Assembly: GCA_964552475.1 (NCBI GenBank)
Contig: CAZKFZ010000003.1
Span: 24,078-88,077, forward strand
Reading direction: 5' to 3'
Origin: an uncultured Candidatus Saccharibacteria bacterium
Lineage (GTDB): Bacteria > Patescibacteriota > Saccharimonadia > CAILAD01 > BJGX01
Length of the DNA: 64,000 nt
Shown here one piece after another: positions 60,383 through 64,000 of this stretch (position 1 is its first letter; each line of letters opens with the position of its first letter). A program made the translations under genes and the position numbers. The notes under the pieces are model-generated. The model made no database searches. It was not told the origin of the DNA and saw only the letters and a program-made list of their open reading frames with translations.

Positions 60383-60991
60383 ATGCTTATTGAAATTGTA
60401 CCTACCGACACCCAAGGGCTAAAAAAGCCGAAAGGGGTACTCAAAACTATGGAGGTAGCGGGGAGTATAGCGTTTCCGGCCGATCATATTAGAATTACAC
60501 CCAACACGCTGGCAGAGCTAGTGGCTCTCTCTACGGCAGATGTAGCACGAATGATATGGCGAATCCGCCACAATAACGGTGGTTTACTTTATAGAGGAGT
60601 ACGCAATAAAGGTCTTAAATACTGCATTAGGTTGGTTGATCGTTACGATATAGACCAGCCAGAACTTATCCCGCTAAAGGTAGAAAATAGCTGGCGATAT
60701 ATTCTAAGAGTAATTTTTATGCCTCTAGAAAATAGGCTAGCTGACCAGTCGAACGATCCAACAGAGAGAGATCAAACCAAGTGTAATCTACTCATTAGAG
60801 TAATAAACAGAAAATACCCCAACTGGCCAGAAGTTCTTATGAACCACCCAGAGTATGTCGGTCTAAATGAACAATCATTAACCACTATGAGTCATGAATA
60901 TCTTCAGGCTATGCTGAGAGAGCTCAACACTATGAGTGAGCTTGGAGTTAGGTTTCCGACAATTGGAGAATTTGACTCCCCCGCTTGTTAA
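60383..60991 (+). CDS. Hypothetical protein
   Basis: 202-aa ORF; start uncertain. Confidence 0.5.
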   Translation: MLIEIVPTDTQGLKKPKGVLKTMEVAGSIAFPADHIRITPNTLAELVALSTADVARMIWRIRHNNGGLLYRGVRNKGLKYCIRLVDRYDIDQPELIPLKVENSWRYILRVIFMPLENRLADQSNDPTERDQTKCNLLIRVINRKYPNWPEVLMNHPEYVGLNEQSLTTMSHEYLQAMLRELNTMSELGVRFPTIGEFDSPAC

Positions 60992-61071
60992 CGATTCAAG
61001 ATAACCTAAAATTGTTAGCGGTCTAAAAAAGCAAACTTAGACCGCTTTTTTAATTCTGATATACTAAGGTT

Positions 61072-62133
61072 ATGACTAATAACGCTTATGCTAATCTAGA
61101 TAAGATAGACAGCAAAAATATTTTTGACGTAATAGATGCACAACCCAATCAGTTACGCCAAAACTATGCCGATAGCATGCGCGAAGATATAACTATTGAA
61201 GATGGTGTGGGTATTGAAAATGTAGTGTTTGTAGGTATGGGTGGTTCTGCCCTGGCAGGATCGATTGCACAAAATTGGCTCAGTGCTCGCACTACCGTGC
61301 CATTAGAAGTAGTTAGAGGCGATAAATTGCCTGGCTATGTAAATAACCGAACTTTAGTATTTATTTCTAGCTATTCTGGCAACACAGTAGAAACTTTGGC
61401 TGCACTAGAGCAGGCTTACAAGCTCAACGCTCAAATAATTGCTATGGGTAGGGGAGGAAAACTAGCAAGACTAAGTATTAGTTCGAGTCTAACCTTTTTA
61501 AGATTGCCAGAGGTGAGCCAACCTAGACTAGCGGTATTTGCTTGTCTTAGAGCACTAAGCTGCGTGTTAGACGACATGGACCTAGTAAATGCTACAGATC
61601 TGCGTCGTGAACTGCAAGATGCTGCCGACTATCTAGATACTGCCAAGCTGGGCTGGGGGCTAGATGCTACACAAGACAACCTAGCAAAGCACATTGCCGC
61701 TAAACTAAAAGACAAGCCGGTAATTATCTACACTAGTCCACTTCTAGAAAGCTCAGGTTATAAATGGAAAATAGACATTAATGAGAATGCTAAACAGATG
61801 GCATTTAGTAATACATTTTCAGAGCTCAATCACAATGAAATGCAAGGCTGGGTAGAGAAGATAGATGCCGAGTTTGCAAGCATTTTATTATACTCAGACT
61901 TTGACAGCACTAGCACAAAAGCTAGAATTGTGGTTACCGAGAAAGTTTTAGATAAGTATGGATATCAACCAATTAAGGTAGAGGCAAGCGGCAGTAATCA
62001 TATTCAACAGCTCTTATACTCCATTCTACTTGGTGATTTTGTTAGTGCATACCTTGCAATACTCAATAACGTCGATCCAACGCCGGTTGCTATTGTGGAG
62101 CAATTTAAAAAACAACTTAGACTTCAAACATAA
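61072..62133 (+). CDS. Bifunctional phosphoglucose/phosphomannose isomerase (SIS family)
   Basis: GMGGS, SYSGNTVET, NENAK, ELNHNE, VDPTPV. Confidence 0.92.
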   Translation: MTNNAYANLDKIDSKNIFDVIDAQPNQLRQNYADSMREDITIEDGVGIENVVFVGMGGSALAGSIAQNWLSARTTVPLEVVRGDKLPGYVNNRTLVFISSYSGNTVETLAALEQAYKLNAQIIAMGRGGKLARLSISSSLTFLRLPEVSQPRLAVFACLRALSCVLDDMDLVNATDLRRELQDAADYLDTAKLGWGLDATQDNLAKHIAAKLKDKPVIIYTSPLLESSGYKWKIDINENAKQMAFSNTFSELNHNEMQGWVEKIDAEFASILLYSDFDSTSTKARIVVTEKVLDKYGYQPIKVEASGSNHIQQLLYSILLGDFVSAYLAILNNVDPTPVAIVEQFKKQLRLQT

Positions 62134-62294
62134 CGTTTTTTACAAAAATACCAACATTACGACTTGTTTGTTAACCTGATATTTACAAATAAAGACTTTA
62201 TTTAGTTGCAATTTATTACAAATTATGATAAAAATAGGGTGCTCGCTACGATTTTGTAGCTTGTACTTTACTACCTATCAAAAGGCATTTTGCG

Positions 62295-62879
62295 ATGACT
62301 CTCAATCCTTCTAGAAAGATAGAGGAAATCTTAATTGTAGTAGATGTGCCCAATATGAATTGGATGCTTCGCAATGTAGTTGGTACAGATAAGCCGAGTA
62401 ATGATCAGCTTATTCAGTACGAGATTCTTAAGAAGTACTTTGAGGCGTTATTTTCCTCTGCCACAGTTACGGCAACGGCATTTATTAATGCTCGTGAAAA
62501 CAATTGGTCTTCAATGCTTGGGTGGGCCAAGGGTCTTAAAGATTCTGGCTGGAACGTATTTGTAAAGCCTAAGCTCGAAAAGACCGATATTGACGAAGCA
62601 ATTATTGAGCACATTCAAATGCATTGCGACAATCCTGCGCTAGATCTAAAGACGGTGGTAGTGGTATCGCACGACACCAAGCGATTTAGTAGCTTGCTAG
62701 AGTCTATCGCTGCTACTGGTGTAAGAGCTATGTATGTAGCCTTTACAGAACTACTAAGTCCCAAGCCTGGCCCTGGCGTAGAGGTGTTGGATATTCGGGA
62801 TATCCCGAATATTACCGCCACGCCCTTGCCAGATGAGCTTAGGTATGAAAAGCTGCCCTTAGAGGGTCGTTACATTTAA
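62295..62879 (+). CDS. NYN (PIN-like) domain protein, putative RNase
   Basis: VVDVPN, KPK...DID, VVVSHD...F. Confidence 0.72.
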   Translation: MTLNPSRKIEEILIVVDVPNMNWMLRNVVGTDKPSNDQLIQYEILKKYFEALFSSATVTATAFINARENNWSSMLGWAKGLKDSGWNVFVKPKLEKTDIDEAIIEHIQMHCDNPALDLKTVVVVSHDTKRFSSLLESIAATGVRAMYVAFTELLSPKPGPGVEVLDIRDIPNITATPLPDELRYEKLPLEGRYI

Positions 62880-62980
62880 TCAATCCCCCGATTCTAATCT
62901 TTTGGAGTCGGGTTTTTAATTTACTAGAGATAAATACATATACAACATATAATTAACATAGCGTAAAAGAATATATTTCT

Positions 62981-63072
<92 letters not shown>

Positions 63073-63254
63073 ATATAGCTAAGACGTTAGTCTTAGCTAT
63101 ATCTTTATAGATATACATAAGATACTTTAGATTTAATGTAATGAAGCAGTAATATCGTAACAACAACCAACTTATTTAGTTGTATAAGTTACTCAAATAT
63201 GTTATTATAATCGGGCTCTACTTTTCGACATATTACAGCAAAGTGAGGAAATTC

Positions 63255-63758
63255 GTGTCAAAAATAGACGTTCTTTCTACCGGTGGAACATTCGATAAAG
63301 CCTATGGCAGTGGCGCTGGAGTGCGAGACTTCTCTTTCCCAGAAGTTTCGGCTGTTGAAGAAATTGCTACTCGGCTAGGTATTCAAAACATATCAGTGAC
63401 TTATAAGTCAGCAGAGGCAATGGATAGTCTTGATATGACAGAACGTGATCGAAACGATATCGCAGATTGGTGTACCAATGAGTCTCGAGAGCGCTGTGTG
63501 GTGATTCATGGTACAGACACCATGATAGAAACGGCTAGAGTTATTGCCGAGTCGTGTTCACACACCGTTGTGATTCTTACTGGGGCTTTGCAACCTGCTC
63601 GTATGCGCAACACCGATGCCGAGTTTAATCTAGGTGGCGCGCTTATTGCCGCACAAATCTGTCTACCTGGTGTATATATTGTTATGAGTGGTACAATCTT
63701 TAGATGGAATGAATGCCAGAAAAACCCAGTTACTGGACACTTTGAGCCTCTAACATAA
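63255..63758 (+). CDS. Single-domain asparaginase-family protein
   Basis: TGGTFDK, DSLDM, HGTDTM, LTGA, DAEFN; GTG start after GAGG. Confidence 0.88.
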   Translation: MSKIDVLSTGGTFDKAYGSGAGVRDFSFPEVSAVEEIATRLGIQNISVTYKSAEAMDSLDMTERDRNDIADWCTNESRERCVVIHGTDTMIETARVIAESCSHTVVILTGALQPARMRNTDAEFNLGGALIAAQICLPGVYIVMSGTIFRWNECQKNPVTGHFEPLT

Positions 63759-63863
63759 CAAAAAGCCCAAACTTTACAATGAGTCGTTATAAACTCTTAA
63801 AAAGTTTGGGCGATTTTTATAACTAGATTTTTAAATCAAATTAGAGCATAATTGAAACTACTT

Positions 63864-64000
63864 ATGCAAAACGACGATCAACCGCAAAGCGTAGAATCGA
63901 CTGGCACTACAGAACCAGCTTTTAACCCTAGTATTCCTGGTGTAGACCAACCAGCATCAACCAATGGAGTAGAGTTGGTGGGCAAAACTGCCGATCAAAA
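63864..64000 (+). CDS. 5' part of a gene running off the window
   Basis: MQNDDQPQSVESTG... remains open to the edge. Confidence 0.45.
   Translation, partial: MQNDDQPQSVESTGTTEPAFNPSIPGVDQPASTNGVELVGKTADQ

Overview
This is a chromosomal window from an AT-rich Patescibacteria (CPR) bacterium, probably Saccharibacteria-like; the lineage is inferred from gene content. It spans the replication origin. In order it holds a glycosyltransferase/dTDP-rhamnose (rml) cluster, mnmE-jag-yidC-yidD-rnpA-rpmH, dnaA-oriC-dnaN-recF, the CPR type IV secretion-like cluster (VirB4, PrgI, VirB6-like, four pilins, wall hydrolases), valS, tsaD, two FemABX genes, eight tRNAs, groES/groEL and many orphan ORFs. The most unusual region is 47.2-51.3 kb, a minus-strand array of small genes punctuated by modular RNA elements. 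Each junction reads: stop codon, then an H-type pseudoknot or hairpin, then a cleavage or processing module, then a GCACCT box and Shine-Dalgarno. Two of those modules are complete type III hammerhead ribozymes. Five others are an unrecognised long-hairpin/switch element in the same slot. Also notable are a very high-GC orphan gene enclosed by a perfect 16-bp long-range stem (58.8-60.3 kb), a ~500-nt stand-alone structured RNA upstream of groES, and a CCA-less tRNA cluster that reads only A-ending codons and contains a further structured RNA. Everything was read by eye; no folding program or database search was run.
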